From an uncultured Acetobacteraceae bacterium (GTDB lineage: Bacteria; Pseudomonadota; Alphaproteobacteria; Acetobacterales; Acetobacteraceae): a stretch of DNA of 64,000 nt. The position numbers and the translations under genes were made by a program. How positions within the stretch are numbered: the first letter of the stretch is position 1; each line of letters starts with the position of its first letter. The notes below the pieces were generated by a model, which saw only the letters and a program-made list of their open reading frames with translations, did not search any database and was not told the DNA's origin. This document shows, one piece after another, positions 18,680 to 27,952 of the stretch. The stretch spans positions 11-64,010 of the forward strand of contig CAXUBM010000001.1 of NCBI GenBank assembly GCA_964249235.1. Reading direction: 5' to 3'.

Positions 18680-19228
18680 ATGGACAGTGATCCCGGTCGC
18701 CGGACGGCAGACTTTGCAGCCAAGGCCGCATCTCCGACCGCGATGACCAGCTACCAGGGTCTCTCTACAAAGGTGATCGACTCGCTTTCCTGGTCGAAAC
18801 ACAACGACAAGCTGTCGAGCTACATGTGCTGGGACGCGATGCTGGCGTGCGCCTGGTATGCGAACGGCATTGCCAGCCAAGCCGTGGAGACCGCGCTCCA
18901 GGCCGACAAGAGCGATTTCGGGATCGTCAATAGCCAAAGTGCGGGCAGGGTCTTTGACAACCAATCGGTCGATATAACGAGCTTGCAGCAGTTGGTCGGC
19001 GAGATTGCGCCGGGTTCCTTCATTGGGTTCTTCAGAGGTGACACTCTGATTCATGCGATGATCTATATCGAGAGAGCCCGCGGGGCGGGGACGAAGAACG
19101 GCTGTATCTTTTCAGACTGCAAGCCGAACTGGTGCGAACTCGATCTGACGCGGATCTTCAGGACCGACGGGAAGAACCATCCGGACGTGACGATGAAAGC
19201 CAGATCGGTGGTCGGACAAAAGATCTGA
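18680..19228 (+). CDS. hypothetical Cys/His hydrolase-like protein (NlpC/P60- or papain-like signature); candidate effector
   Basis: 182 aa. Candidate nucleophile in SYMCWDAM (C50). PGSFIGFFRGDTLIHAMIYI resembles the NlpC/P60 'pGDlvff...HvgiYiG' His motif (H125). An alternative start lies at 18743. Confidence 0.5.
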   Translation: MDSDPGRRTADFAAKAASPTAMTSYQGLSTKVIDSLSWSKHNDKLSSYMCWDAMLACAWYANGIASQAVETALQADKSDFGIVNSQSAGRVFDNQSVDITSLQQLVGEIAPGSFIGFFRGDTLIHAMIYIERARGAGTKNGCIFSDCKPNWCELDLTRIFRTDGKNHPDVTMKARSVVGQKI

Positions 19229-19254
19229 GAAGCCAGAGGCTCTGTCCCTGGACG

Positions 19255-19350
19255 CCGCCCAGGGGCGAGCCCTTGGCATCTCTCACTTCAAGAATGGATC
19301 CTGAGAGCGACTGCCCTGAGCGGTGTCCAGAGGCAGAGCCCCTGGCCTCG
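19255..19350. repeat. REP-like GC-rich hairpin element (two imperfect hairpins)
   Basis: CCAGGGGC-GA-GCCCTTGG at 19259-19276 and CCAGAGG-CAGAG-CCCCTGG at 19327-19345. The segment GCGGTGTCCAGAGGCAGAGCCCCTGGCCT resembles the element at 62958-62983. Confidence 0.45.
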
Positions 19351-20059
19351 CATTCAGCGTCGCCACGAGAGCGGTGACGTTGTCGCGCGCCTTGTGCCGG
19401 ATCGCCGCCTCGACCAGCTGGCGTGCAGGGTCGTCGCCGCCCATCAGCGCGACCACGTCGCCGTGCGGCAGCGAGCGCGTCAAGCCGTCGCTGCATAACA
19501 GGAACCGGTCGCCCGGCTCGACGGTGCCGATCACCTTGTCGACCAGGGCGCCCGCCCCGCCCACACCGATCGCGCGGGTGATCACGTTGGCATGGGCGTG
19601 ACGCTCCGCCTGCGCCTCGGTCAGCGTTCCCGAGCGGACCATCTCGCCGACCAGGCTGTGATCGGACGTCAGTTGATGCAAGCCGCCATGACGCAGTACG
19701 TAGGCCCGTGAGTCGCCGGCCCACAGGCAGGCCACGAAGCCATGGTGAAGCAACAGGACGACGACGGTTGTCGCCGCCGAATCCGTTCCACGCGCCGCGG
19801 CGTCGGCGAGCAGGCTCGCCTGCGCCTCCTCGAGACGGGTCCTGACCGCAGCCAGGCGCTCCGGCAGAGCCAGTTCGTGCGGAATAGTGTCGAGCAAGCG
19901 CACGACCTCGGCAGAGGCGACACCGCCGCCCGCTTTGCCACCGACGCCATCAGCGACCGCGAACAGACCGATGTCGGGCCGGCACAGAAAGGCGTCCTGA
20001 TTGATGGGCCGCACGCATCCCGCATGGGAGGCGGCCCAGTGGCGGACGGGCTCGCTCAC
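19283..20059 (-). CDS. pppA: PP2C-family Ser/Thr phosphatase PppA
   Basis: Start re-set to the GTG that overlaps the tagF TGA (GTGA). 258 aa. Contains RPINQDAF, FAVADGVGG and DNVTALV. Confidence 0.85.
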   Translation of the reverse strand: MSEPVRHWAASHAGCVRPINQDAFLCRPDIGLFAVADGVGGKAGGGVASAEVVRLLDTIPHELALPERLAAVRTRLEEAQASLLADAAARGTDSAATTVVVLLLHHGFVACLWAGDSRAYVLRHGGLHQLTSDHSLVGEMVRSGTLTEAQAERHAHANVITRAIGVGGAGALVDKVIGTVEPGDRFLLCSDGLTRSLPHGDVVALMGGDDPARQLVEAAIRHKARDNVTALVATLNARPGALPLDTAQGSRSQDPFLK

Positions 20060-20550
20060 TGCCGCTTCAGTGCCGCCGCGTCCGGCAGCGCCTCGCCGGT
20101 GAACGCGACGCCGCCGTTCCGCCACCACCGAACCCGTGCACCCACGCGGGCAGAACCGGCGGCCGCTGGCGGTGGCAAGGCCTGCAGGCGTTCCGCCAAC
20201 TCGGCGGGGGCCAGACCGGTCCGGATCGCGTCCAGTCCGACCCGTTCGGCCGCGTCGAGGAACGTCTCCACCGCTTCTGCCGCCTCCGCCGCGACCAGCA
20301 ACGGAAACGGCCGGCCGACCCGGTCCGCGCTGGGCAGCCAGACGCCGGCCAGCACCCCGCGTCCGCACACGCCGGCGGCGAGCGCGAAGTGCCAGACGCC
20401 GACATCCGGCAGGCAGACCAGCGATAGGACGGGCTGCACCCACTCGTCCCAGCTGGTCACAAGCCGGCGCGACAGGCCGGCACGGACGAAGTCGCCGCGC
20501 GACGGGAGCTTGCCGTAAAAGCCGACGCGAACCGGTGCCTGCCCAGTCAT
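20056..20550 (-). CDS. tagF: T6SS-associated protein TagF (DUF2094 family)
   Basis: 164 aa. VGFYGKLPSRGDFV is the hallmark TagF N-terminus. ATGA overlap with the tssM stop. Confidence 0.85.
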   Translation of the reverse strand: MTGQAPVRVGFYGKLPSRGDFVRAGLSRRLVTSWDEWVQPVLSLVCLPDVGVWHFALAAGVCGRGVLAGVWLPSADRVGRPFPLLVAAEAAEAVETFLDAAERVGLDAIRTGLAPAELAERLQALPPPAAAGSARVGARVRWWRNGGVAFTGEALPDAAALKRQ

Positions 20551-23500
20551 CGGATGACCGGGCAGCGGAAGCCGGACAGGAGGTCGTGGCCGAACGGGTT
20601 GTGCGACGAGCCCGGCTCGAGGATGAAGTCGGCCTGACGGCCGTCCGATTCAAAGGTCAGGTCAAAGCGGCGTTCGCCGGCCGGACGCAGCCGGCCGTCC
20701 GCCAGCAGATGGAACAGGGCCCATGGGCCGCTCGCCCGCAAGACGGCGCCGGCGTCGCCGTCGAAGACGACCGAGGCGGTGCTGGGCCCGTCGCCGCCAG
20801 GCCAGCTGAAGGACACCGGTTCGGTGGAATCGGTGGCGATCGAAGCGGCGCCAAGTGTGAGCTTGGCTTTCGGTCCGGGCGCAGGCCGCGGCGTCAGGGA
20901 GAACCGAACCTGGGGCTCACCTGCCGGAAAGAAGGCGTCGCGCACGGCTGCCGCCTGCTGGAAGCTCGCGACCGCCGACGCGCCGACCGGGGCGTCCACA
21001 CCACCGAGCCGGTGCAGCCGCCAGACGGCGTCCGACATGTCGACAAATGGCTTGACCTGAGACTGGAAAAAGCTGTCCAGAACGCCGCCGGGCGCGAAGA
21101 GCCGGGTGAAGTCGTCGATCGGCGCGTCCTGGCCGGAGGAGCGGGCGAACGGGAACTTGCCGTCCACGACGCTTCCGCACAGCGCCTGCGGCGCTTCGGC
21201 GCCGCCACCGGCCGCAGCCCCGGCAAAGGCGGCGGAGGCGGTCTGCCGGGCAGCGGTGCCGAGGGCGGCATTGCCGACGGCGGCGATCTGACGCAGCCAG
21301 CTCGAGACCGGCGGCGGCTGCCGCCTCGCCTCGGCGTCGAGCAGCGCCACGGGGTCGCCACTGCCCTGCAGGGTCGCGGGCAAGGTGATCGATCCGGGCG
21401 AGGCGGCGGCGAGCTCGGCCTCGAGGCCGTCGATCAGGCGCAACACGTTGTCGAGCGGCGCCGCGCCGCCAGTGCCGACCAGATCGAGCAACGGCCGGTA
21501 GTGCGCCTCGTAACCGGCGGCGGGGTCGGTGGCGGCGGTCTGCGCGTTCGCGGGGGCGACGAAGAGGGCGGCCAGCGTGTCGGTCGCATGCGCTGAGCCG
21601 GTGGCCGGTTTCGCGGCGGATCCGGGATTGAGCCGCAGCGCACGCACAATCCCGGTCAGCAGATCGCGCGCTGGTGATTGCGGCGAGGACAGGACGTAAA
21701 GTTCTTGCATCGCCGTCTCCCGGCCACCGCCGAACGGCGCGAGGGCGAGATCGGTGAAGAGGGCGTCCCAATGCGCCTCGGCGTCGGCGCTCCAGAGCCC
21801 GACGACTGATCGTTCGAGGGCGGTCACGGCGGGACCTTCGGTGGGGATCCGCTCGTCGCGACCGAGAACCCAGCTTTCGCCGGCAATGGCCTGCGTGGTG
21901 GCGGGAAGATCGTGCAGCAGCACATCGTAGCCGGTGGCGGTGTAGAAACCGGGCACCCCGTCGTTCAACGTTTTGCCCGAGAGCCGCGTGAAGAGGCGGA
22001 CGCCCGCGTCCCCCAGGGCCGACGCGGGCGTCCAATCGCCGAGCGACTGCGCATCCGAGCCGGTCTGCACCCGGTCGTAGACGCGCTGGGCGAGCGAGAC
22101 ACGGCTGAAGGTGGCACGCGCCGCCTGGACCAGGGCGCCGTCGAGTGAAACCGGTGGCAGCGGCTCGGCGAGCAGCCGGTCGAGATGGGCGCGCAGACGG
22201 GTGCGCAGCGGCGCGTTGAGCGCGCCCGGATAGCGCGCGTTCCAGTCGTCAGTCATCCAGGCACGGATCAGGTCGGGGTCCATCGGCCCGGCCCCGCCGA
22301 GGGTCAGGTAGACCCGGGTCGCCTGGTAGAGGAAATCGGCGTCGCCGAAGCGTCCGCGCATCTGCTGCTCGAGGCGGTGGATCAGACGTGGCAGCAGGAT
22401 GCGCTGCAAGGCGTGGCTGTAGACGAGCCGGTCGCTCTGGGCGATTTTGTCGTGTTGGGAGAGACCCAACGGGGCCGCACGCCGAGGCGAGGCCTGCGGC
22501 AGGTCGGCGGCCGCGTTCAGCACCGGCGCAACGCGGGAGAGATCATCGTCGTCCACCGGATCGAGCCTCGTGCCGGCGACAACCTGTCCGTAGGCGGCGA
22601 GCGCCTCGTCGGCGTGCTCAATCGCGACCCGGTTGGCCGCATCGTCGCGCCACAGCAGGAGGCTGACGGCGAGCGTCGCGACGCCGACCGCCGAAAAGCC
22701 GGCGGCGCGGCGCAGGCGTCTACGTCGCGCCAGGCCGGGCCGGTGCGAGACCAGCAGGGCTTCGCCGAGGACGACGTCGCGCAGGAGGCGCTTGATGAAG
22801 AAGCTGCGGCCGGTCACCGGGCGCAGCGCGGGGACGTGCTTCTGATCGAGGCCGAACGAGCGGGCGAGCGCGCCGGTGAGGCGGTCGATCGGCGTTCCCG
22901 CCTGAGTCGCCGAGGTGAGATAGATGCCGCGCAGGAACGGCGCCGGATCGAGACGGCCGCCGGCGAAGCAGGCGTGCAGGAACTCGTCGATCGGCCGCTG
23001 CAGGCTCGCCACTTGCAGCGGGAAGCTGCCGATCAGGGCGCGTCGATCGGCGGCGCGTTCCGCCTGCAGCCGCTCGACGAGACGCCCGTCGAGCCGCACG
23101 AGGAGCAGGCCGAATTCGCGGCCAAACGACTCGACGCCCTCTTGGAGCGGCAGGGTCATGCCCCAGACCTGGGCACGTCCTTCTTCGTCGAGATCGTCGA
23201 AAAAGGCATCGAAGCCGCGCAGCTGGTCGGCTTTGCTGAGCACCACGTAGACAGGCACCCGCGACCGGAGCCGTTCGGTGATCTCGTCGATCCGCAACCG
23301 CACCGACCGGGCGTGCAACGCGCGTTCCGCTGGCTCCGCAGCCGCCAACTCGACCAGCGACAGCACGACGATCACGCCGTTGAGCGGCTGTCGCGGACGT
23401 GTCCGTCGCAACAGGTCAAGGAAGCCCTGCCAGCCGGCACGATCGACTGCAGCGTCCGAATCCTGGGTCGTGTAGCGGCCGGCGGTGTCGATCAGCACCG

Positions 23501-24017
23501 CTTCGTCGGCGAACCACCAGTCGCACAGGCGCGTGCCGCCCAACCCGCTCACGGAGGGAGCCTCGTCATCACGCGCGAGCGGGAAATGCAGGCCGGAGTT
23601 GAGCAAAGCGGTGGTCTTGCCGGCACCCGGCGGCCCGATCAGTACGAACCAGGGTTGCTCGTAGAGATGGCGTCGTCCGCCGCGGCGAAGACGCGCTAGC
23701 GACTGCTTCATCCGTTCGCGCAGGCGGGCGACCTCCTCGGTCGCGTCGGCCTGGGTCTCCTTACCGTCGCGGGCGCCGCCGGTCATCGCCTCGGCCAGCA
23801 TGCCCTCGCGTCGCCGTCGGCGGCGGGCAAGGATCGCGTTGGCGGCGATACAGACCAGCAGGAGCAGCGCAATGGCAGCGATCCTGGGCAGCGGCGGTCT
23901 GAGTGCCGGGACCAGCGGGAACAGATACCAGATCAGCATGCTTGCGATCGCCCATCCGCCGAGACTCTGCGTCCAGCGGCTGGTGAGCGTCATCATGACG
24001 AAGGGTAGCCGGTCCAT
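20547..24017 (-). CDS. tssM: T6SS membrane complex protein TssM (ImpL/IcmF)
   Basis: 1156 aa. N-terminal TM segments, Walker A GPPGAGKT and IcmF-like length. ATGA overlap with the tssL stop. Confidence 0.95.
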   Translation of the reverse strand: MDRLPFVMMTLTSRWTQSLGGWAIASMLIWYLFPLVPALRPPLPRIAAIALLLLVCIAANAILARRRRRREGMLAEAMTGGARDGKETQADATEEVARLRERMKQSLARLRRGGRRHLYEQPWFVLIGPPGAGKTTALLNSGLHFPLARDDEAPSVSGLGGTRLCDWWFADEAVLIDTAGRYTTQDSDAAVDRAGWQGFLDLLRRTRPRQPLNGVIVVLSLVELAAAEPAERALHARSVRLRIDEITERLRSRVPVYVVLSKADQLRGFDAFFDDLDEEGRAQVWGMTLPLQEGVESFGREFGLLLVRLDGRLVERLQAERAADRRALIGSFPLQVASLQRPIDEFLHACFAGGRLDPAPFLRGIYLTSATQAGTPIDRLTGALARSFGLDQKHVPALRPVTGRSFFIKRLLRDVVLGEALLVSHRPGLARRRRLRRAAGFSAVGVATLAVSLLLWRDDAANRVAIEHADEALAAYGQVVAGTRLDPVDDDDLSRVAPVLNAAADLPQASPRRAAPLGLSQHDKIAQSDRLVYSHALQRILLPRLIHRLEQQMRGRFGDADFLYQATRVYLTLGGAGPMDPDLIRAWMTDDWNARYPGALNAPLRTRLRAHLDRLLAEPLPPVSLDGALVQAARATFSRVSLAQRVYDRVQTGSDAQSLGDWTPASALGDAGVRLFTRLSGKTLNDGVPGFYTATGYDVLLHDLPATTQAIAGESWVLGRDERIPTEGPAVTALERSVVGLWSADAEAHWDALFTDLALAPFGGGRETAMQELYVLSSPQSPARDLLTGIVRALRLNPGSAAKPATGSAHATDTLAALFVAPANAQTAATDPAAGYEAHYRPLLDLVGTGGAAPLDNVLRLIDGLEAELAAASPGSITLPATLQGSGDPVALLDAEARRQPPPVSSWLRQIAAVGNAALGTAARQTASAAFAGAAAGGGAEAPQALCGSVVDGKFPFARSSGQDAPIDDFTRLFAPGGVLDSFFQSQVKPFVDMSDAVWRLHRLGGVDAPVGASAVASFQQAAAVRDAFFPAGEPQVRFSLTPRPAPGPKAKLTLGAASIATDSTEPVSFSWPGGDGPSTASVVFDGDAGAVLRASGPWALFHLLADGRLRPAGERRFDLTFESDGRQADFILEPGSSHNPFGHDLLSGFRCPVIR

Positions 24018-25339
24018 CAGCGCGTCCCCTGCTGGCCGACGACGATCTCGATCCGTCGGTTCTGCTGCCGCCCGTCGGGCGTCGCGTTTGAGGCAATCGG
24101 CTCGGCGTCGGCGAGCCCCTCGGCGGTGATCCGGGACGGATCGACGGTTTGCGAGAGCACGGCGGCGGCGGCCTTCGCCCGGCCCAACGAGAGCTCGTAG
24201 TTGGACGGAAACGCCACCGTGTGGATCGGCTGATTATCGGTGTAGCCGACCACCCGGACCGGGCCCGGGTTGGAGCGGAGTGCTGCGGCCACGCGCGACA
24301 GCGTCGGCAGCAGGAGCGTCTCGATCGTCGCACTTCCCGACTGGAACATGCCCGCGCTCTCGATCCGCACGATAGGAACCGACCGGGTCCCGACGATGCT
24401 CACGAGGCCGGCCCTGACTTCGGGCTGTAGAAAGCCGGCCAGCGTGTCGCCCCTACCTTGCGGCTGCGGCGTCATTGGTAGGGGTTTCGGCGGATCGATG
24501 CGGACGATGACCGGCATTGCGCGCGGCGGCGCCGACAGGCCGGCTTCGAACGTGCGGTCGGACTGCGCATTCAGTCCGAGCGAAATCAGCGCATAGGCGA
24601 ACCCGAGCAGACCGGTGGCGAGCAACGCGGCGAGCCAGACCGGCAGCTCGGCCCGCGGTGCGCGATACGGCGCCGAGACGCCCTGCCAGTGCGGGGATAG
24701 CGCAGGCTCAGCGGCGCCGCGCTGTCGCAAGATGACCAGGTAGGTTTCCTCGCGCAGCCGGTCGAGATCGGCCGGTCCACGCGGCGAAAGCCGGTAGCGG
24801 CCCTGCATGCCCAGTGACATGCAGAAGTACATCAGCTCGATCACCGGCAGGAACGCACCGGCGTTGCCGCACAGACGCGTCAGCAGGTCGAAGAAGCGAG
24901 CGCCGCTTCGCACCTCGCCGTGGAAAGTCGACACCAGCGACGCGTCCGCCCAAGGACCGCGGCTGCCCCAGGGCGTGTTCTGGACCACGTCGTCGAGACT
25001 CGCGCACAGGACGTAGTGGCTGGTTCTTATCTGTTCGAGCGGCAGCCTGGCATCGCGCAGCGCCTGCTCGTAGCGCCGAACCTCCACCACGACGTTCTCG
25101 CGCAACTTCGCGGGATCGGGGATGCTCATCACGTTGCGCAGGCTGCACATGAGCGACAGCAGCGGGGCGGCCCCGGCCACGATCGGCGATCCGCTCGCGG
25201 TCGGCAGGTCGACGAATCCGGAGCGGTCCTCGGTCGACGGCTCCTGGCTTTGAAGCGCCGCGATGGTTGCAGCCGCCGGCCGTGGCATGATCACCGTGCG
25301 ATCGTCATCGTCGGGTTCGGCGAAAGGATTGTCGCTCAT
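24017..25339 (-). CDS. tssL: T6SS membrane complex protein TssL (ImpK/DotU) with C-terminal OmpA/MotB peptidoglycan-binding domain
   Basis: Start re-set to MSDNPFAEPDDDDRTV (ATG at 25339). DotU-like core, one TM (LPVWLAALLATGLLGFAYALISL). OmpA-like stretch VVGYTDNQP...NRRIEIVV. Confidence 0.9.
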   Translation of the reverse strand: MSDNPFAEPDDDDRTVIMPRPAAATIAALQSQEPSTEDRSGFVDLPTASGSPIVAGAAPLLSLMCSLRNVMSIPDPAKLRENVVVEVRRYEQALRDARLPLEQIRTSHYVLCASLDDVVQNTPWGSRGPWADASLVSTFHGEVRSGARFFDLLTRLCGNAGAFLPVIELMYFCMSLGMQGRYRLSPRGPADLDRLREETYLVILRQRGAAEPALSPHWQGVSAPYRAPRAELPVWLAALLATGLLGFAYALISLGLNAQSDRTFEAGLSAPPRAMPVIVRIDPPKPLPMTPQPQGRGDTLAGFLQPEVRAGLVSIVGTRSVPIVRIESAGMFQSGSATIETLLLPTLSRVAAALRSNPGPVRVVGYTDNQPIHTVAFPSNYELSLGRAKAAAAVLSQTVDPSRITAEGLADAEPIASNATPDGRQQNRRIEIVVGQQGTR

Positions 25340-25349
25340 GCGCGGCGCC

Positions 25350-26675
25350 TCATGCCCGGATCGCCCAAAGCTCGAGCTCCAGGTTTGGGAGGTCGCCGGA
25401 GACGTGGATGGCGAAGCCCCCGGAGTTCTGCATCTGCGGCCAGTGCGCGGAATTGCGGTCCAGCTCGAAATACTGCGCACCCGGTATGAATGGCATCTGT
25501 CTCGGCGCGACCGGCAGCGGCCGCAGCTCGATGCCAGGCAGCGCCACGTTCACCAACTCCCTGATATGTTCGACCGCGCCGATCTTGGCAGTGCCCGGGA
25601 AGACGCGCCGCAGGGTCTCCGATGGTATGTCGGCCTTCGCCACCAGCACGACGCTGGTGCCGGACAGGAGGGTCCGGTCCAGGATCGGGCCCACGCGAAC
25701 GCCGTGCCGCCGTTCCTGCAAGGGGATCTGGATCGCGGTCTGTTCCAGTACCGCTGACAGCGACTTGCGTATCTCCTCCATCACCGGCGTAAAGCATCGC
25801 TGCAGGTCGTCGTGGCGATAGGATGGGAACCGGCCGGGCCGGCGCTTCGGATCGGTGAAGGTGGCGAGTTCGCCTGCCACTTGAAGCAGGATCCGGAACA
25901 GCGATTCCGGGTGGATCGCGCCCGCGTCGGCCAGGTGGGCGAGCAGCGTCTGCCAGCCATTGAGCGACTGCAGAAGCAGGAAGTCGGCGACCTCAGTATT
26001 GCTCTTGGTGCCCACCGCGGTCAGGCGCGCGGCGATCGCCTCGCCGCGCTGGTTGAGCATGCCGGAAAGCTCGACGATCAGGCCGGCAAGCCGCGGCGTC
26101 GCGACGCAGGCGAGAACCGGTGGGATCCAGCGATCGTCGAGGATGACCCGGTGATCGGAACCCATCTCGACGATGCGGGCGACGGGCAGACAGAGATAGC
26201 CTTCGCGATCGTCGGTCTCGAGCAGGAAGCGGAGCCGAAGCTGGCCGATCTGGAGCTGCGCCGGCTCGCTCGCCCCCGAATGGGTGTCGAACGCCTCGAA
26301 ACCTTGCGGCTCGTAGCGGCCGTCGCGGCCGGCGCTGCTGATCTCGGCCGAGCCCGGCTGCTGGAGGCGCACGGCGAGATGGACCAGCACGTCGCGCGCC
26401 GTCTCCGGCACCTGCAGCGGCGGCGGCAGCGGCGCTTCGTCGGGAGCCGAAAACGGCGTTCCGTCGTCGAACACGCCGCCCGTCGAACTCAGCGCAAAGC
26501 GGCCGGTGGCGAGGAGGTCGCGCGCGACGGCAATGTCGGTGAAGCCCCACGGGAATGGCCGCAGCGCCCGCGTGCTGGCGCGCAACTGTGCTGTCGTCCA
26601 GCGATCCTGCTGCTGGAAATGCTGCGCCCTGAGGAACATGCCTTCCTGCCAGGCAACGCGATTGTGCCAAGTCAA
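25350..26675 (-). CDS. tssK: T6SS baseplate protein TssK (ImpJ)
   Basis: 441 aa. N-terminus VAWQEGMFLRAQHFQQQDRW is typical of TssK. TTG start forms a TTGA overlap with the fha stop. Confidence 0.9.
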   Translation of the reverse strand: MTWHNRVAWQEGMFLRAQHFQQQDRWTTAQLRASTRALRPFPWGFTDIAVARDLLATGRFALSSTGGVFDDGTPFSAPDEAPLPPPLQVPETARDVLVHLAVRLQQPGSAEISSAGRDGRYEPQGFEAFDTHSGASEPAQLQIGQLRLRFLLETDDREGYLCLPVARIVEMGSDHRVILDDRWIPPVLACVATPRLAGLIVELSGMLNQRGEAIAARLTAVGTKSNTEVADFLLLQSLNGWQTLLAHLADAGAIHPESLFRILLQVAGELATFTDPKRRPGRFPSYRHDDLQRCFTPVMEEIRKSLSAVLEQTAIQIPLQERRHGVRVGPILDRTLLSGTSVVLVAKADIPSETLRRVFPGTAKIGAVEHIRELVNVALPGIELRPLPVAPRQMPFIPGAQYFELDRNSAHWPQMQNSGGFAIHVSGDLPNLELELWAIRA

Positions 26676-27952
26676 GAACGATCCTCCCGATCGTGCTTCG
26701 CGGCGTCTTGCGCGGCGATCTCGGCCATGGCGGCCTCATAGGCGCGCACGAAGGACTTGCCGAATACGCTGTCGAAATCGTCCGTCAGCGCCCGCATGAT
26801 ACGGGCGTGACGGGACTTGTAGGCCGCCCAGGAGGCGCGGTCGCGCCGACCGGAGAGACGGTCGATGAGAGTGCGAGTGCTCGCGTCGGACAGACGCGCA
26901 GGGTCGAGCTCGCCGAGCACGTCGCGCACCGCGTGCTGCATGGCCGACGCGACCGCGAGCTCGTGCAGCCGCATGTCGCGCAACGCTTCGGCGATCGCCT
27001 GCTCGGGGGTCATGCGGCCCTTGCGTCCGATCCCGACTAGGGCGGCGAGCGCGCTGTCGTCGTCGGCAGAGAATTTGAGCGGATTGTTGCCGATCGCGCG
27101 GATCACCGTCTGCTCGATCCGGAACTCACCCTTGATCGCGGCGCGCGCGATCATCATCCGGCGCAGGCCGCCGACCATGGCGCGGAACGCGGCGCCTAGC
27201 TCGCGCAGGATTGTATCGGGATCACCGGACGCAACGTTGCTGATTCCGGCACCCACCGCGAACGAAGCGAGCGAGGCAGCGCTGTTCGGCGGCGCGGCCA
27301 CGGCTTCGGGAGGGATCAACAGCGCGATCGATTCCGATAGAGGCGGCGGGTCGCGACGCAGGACCATGGATCGGTCCCAATCGTCCGGGATCGTCTCGAG
27401 ACTCGGCCGCGGTGGGCGGAAATGTTCCCGCAGGTCAGAGGCGTGGTCGGGGACCGCATCACCGTAAGGGCTGCTGTCATCGACGAGCGGGTCGAAATCG
27501 GCCGGCAGTCCGACTGGCGGGATAGCGGCCTGAACCGGGCCGGCATCCAGGAACGGAAAGGGATCGCCGGTCAAACGGCTGTCCGCCGGGGCGGACGGAT
27601 GGCCGAAGCCGGAAGGCGCAGCTGTCTCACCGGACGCGGGATCTACGTCCAGATCTGCCTCGAACTCATAGGCGCCGATGGCGAGACGGTCGCCGGCGCG
27701 GAGCACTCGCGGGACGCCGGGCTCGAGACAAGCGCCGTTGAGGAAGGTGCCGTTGCTGCTGATGTCGGTGACCAGCCACTGGCCATCCACGGCGGCGATC
27801 TCGCAGTGACGCTTGGACAGCAGACGGGCCGGATCGGGCAGTGTCCAGTCGCTTCCGTCGCCACGCCCGATGCTGAATCGCGCATGCGACACTTCGCGTG
27901 TCTCGGCAACGACGCCGGTCGGGCAGCTTTGCATGCGCAGCAGGAGGGTCAC
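26672..27952 (-). CDS. tagH: T6SS FHA-domain protein (Fha/TagH, ImpI)
   Basis: Start re-set to the GTG at 27952 (GTGA overlap with the upstream gene). FHA core FSIGRGDGSDWTLPDP...SKRHCEI...DISSNGTFLNG. TagH-like C-terminal half. Confidence 0.85.
   Translation of the reverse strand: MTLLLRMQSCPTGVVAETREVSHARFSIGRGDGSDWTLPDPARLLSKRHCEIAAVDGQWLVTDISSNGTFLNGACLEPGVPRVLRAGDRLAIGAYEFEADLDVDPASGETAAPSGFGHPSAPADSRLTGDPFPFLDAGPVQAAIPPVGLPADFDPLVDDSSPYGDAVPDHASDLREHFRPPRPSLETIPDDWDRSMVLRRDPPPLSESIALLIPPEAVAAPPNSAASLASFAVGAGISNVASGDPDTILRELGAAFRAMVGGLRRMMIARAAIKGEFRIEQTVIRAIGNNPLKFSADDDSALAALVGIGRKGRMTPEQAIAEALRDMRLHELAVASAMQHAVRDVLGELDPARLSDASTRTLIDRLSGRRDRASWAAYKSRHARIMRALTDDFDSVFGKSFVRAYEAAMAEIAAQDAAKHDREDRS

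Noticed and set aside
19283-20653. Single 456-aa ORF that would fuse an Arg-rich N-terminal extension to the PP2C phosphatase.
   Set aside because: The extension overlaps tagF in another frame and is low complexity. A GTG overlapping the tagF stop gives a normal 258-aa PP2C.
22185-23699. 504-aa plus-strand ORF opposite tssM, with further overlapping ORFs at 20136-21596 and 20917-22035.
   Set aside because: They are antisense or out of frame relative to tssM and tagF. They are low-complexity and Arg-rich with no family signature.
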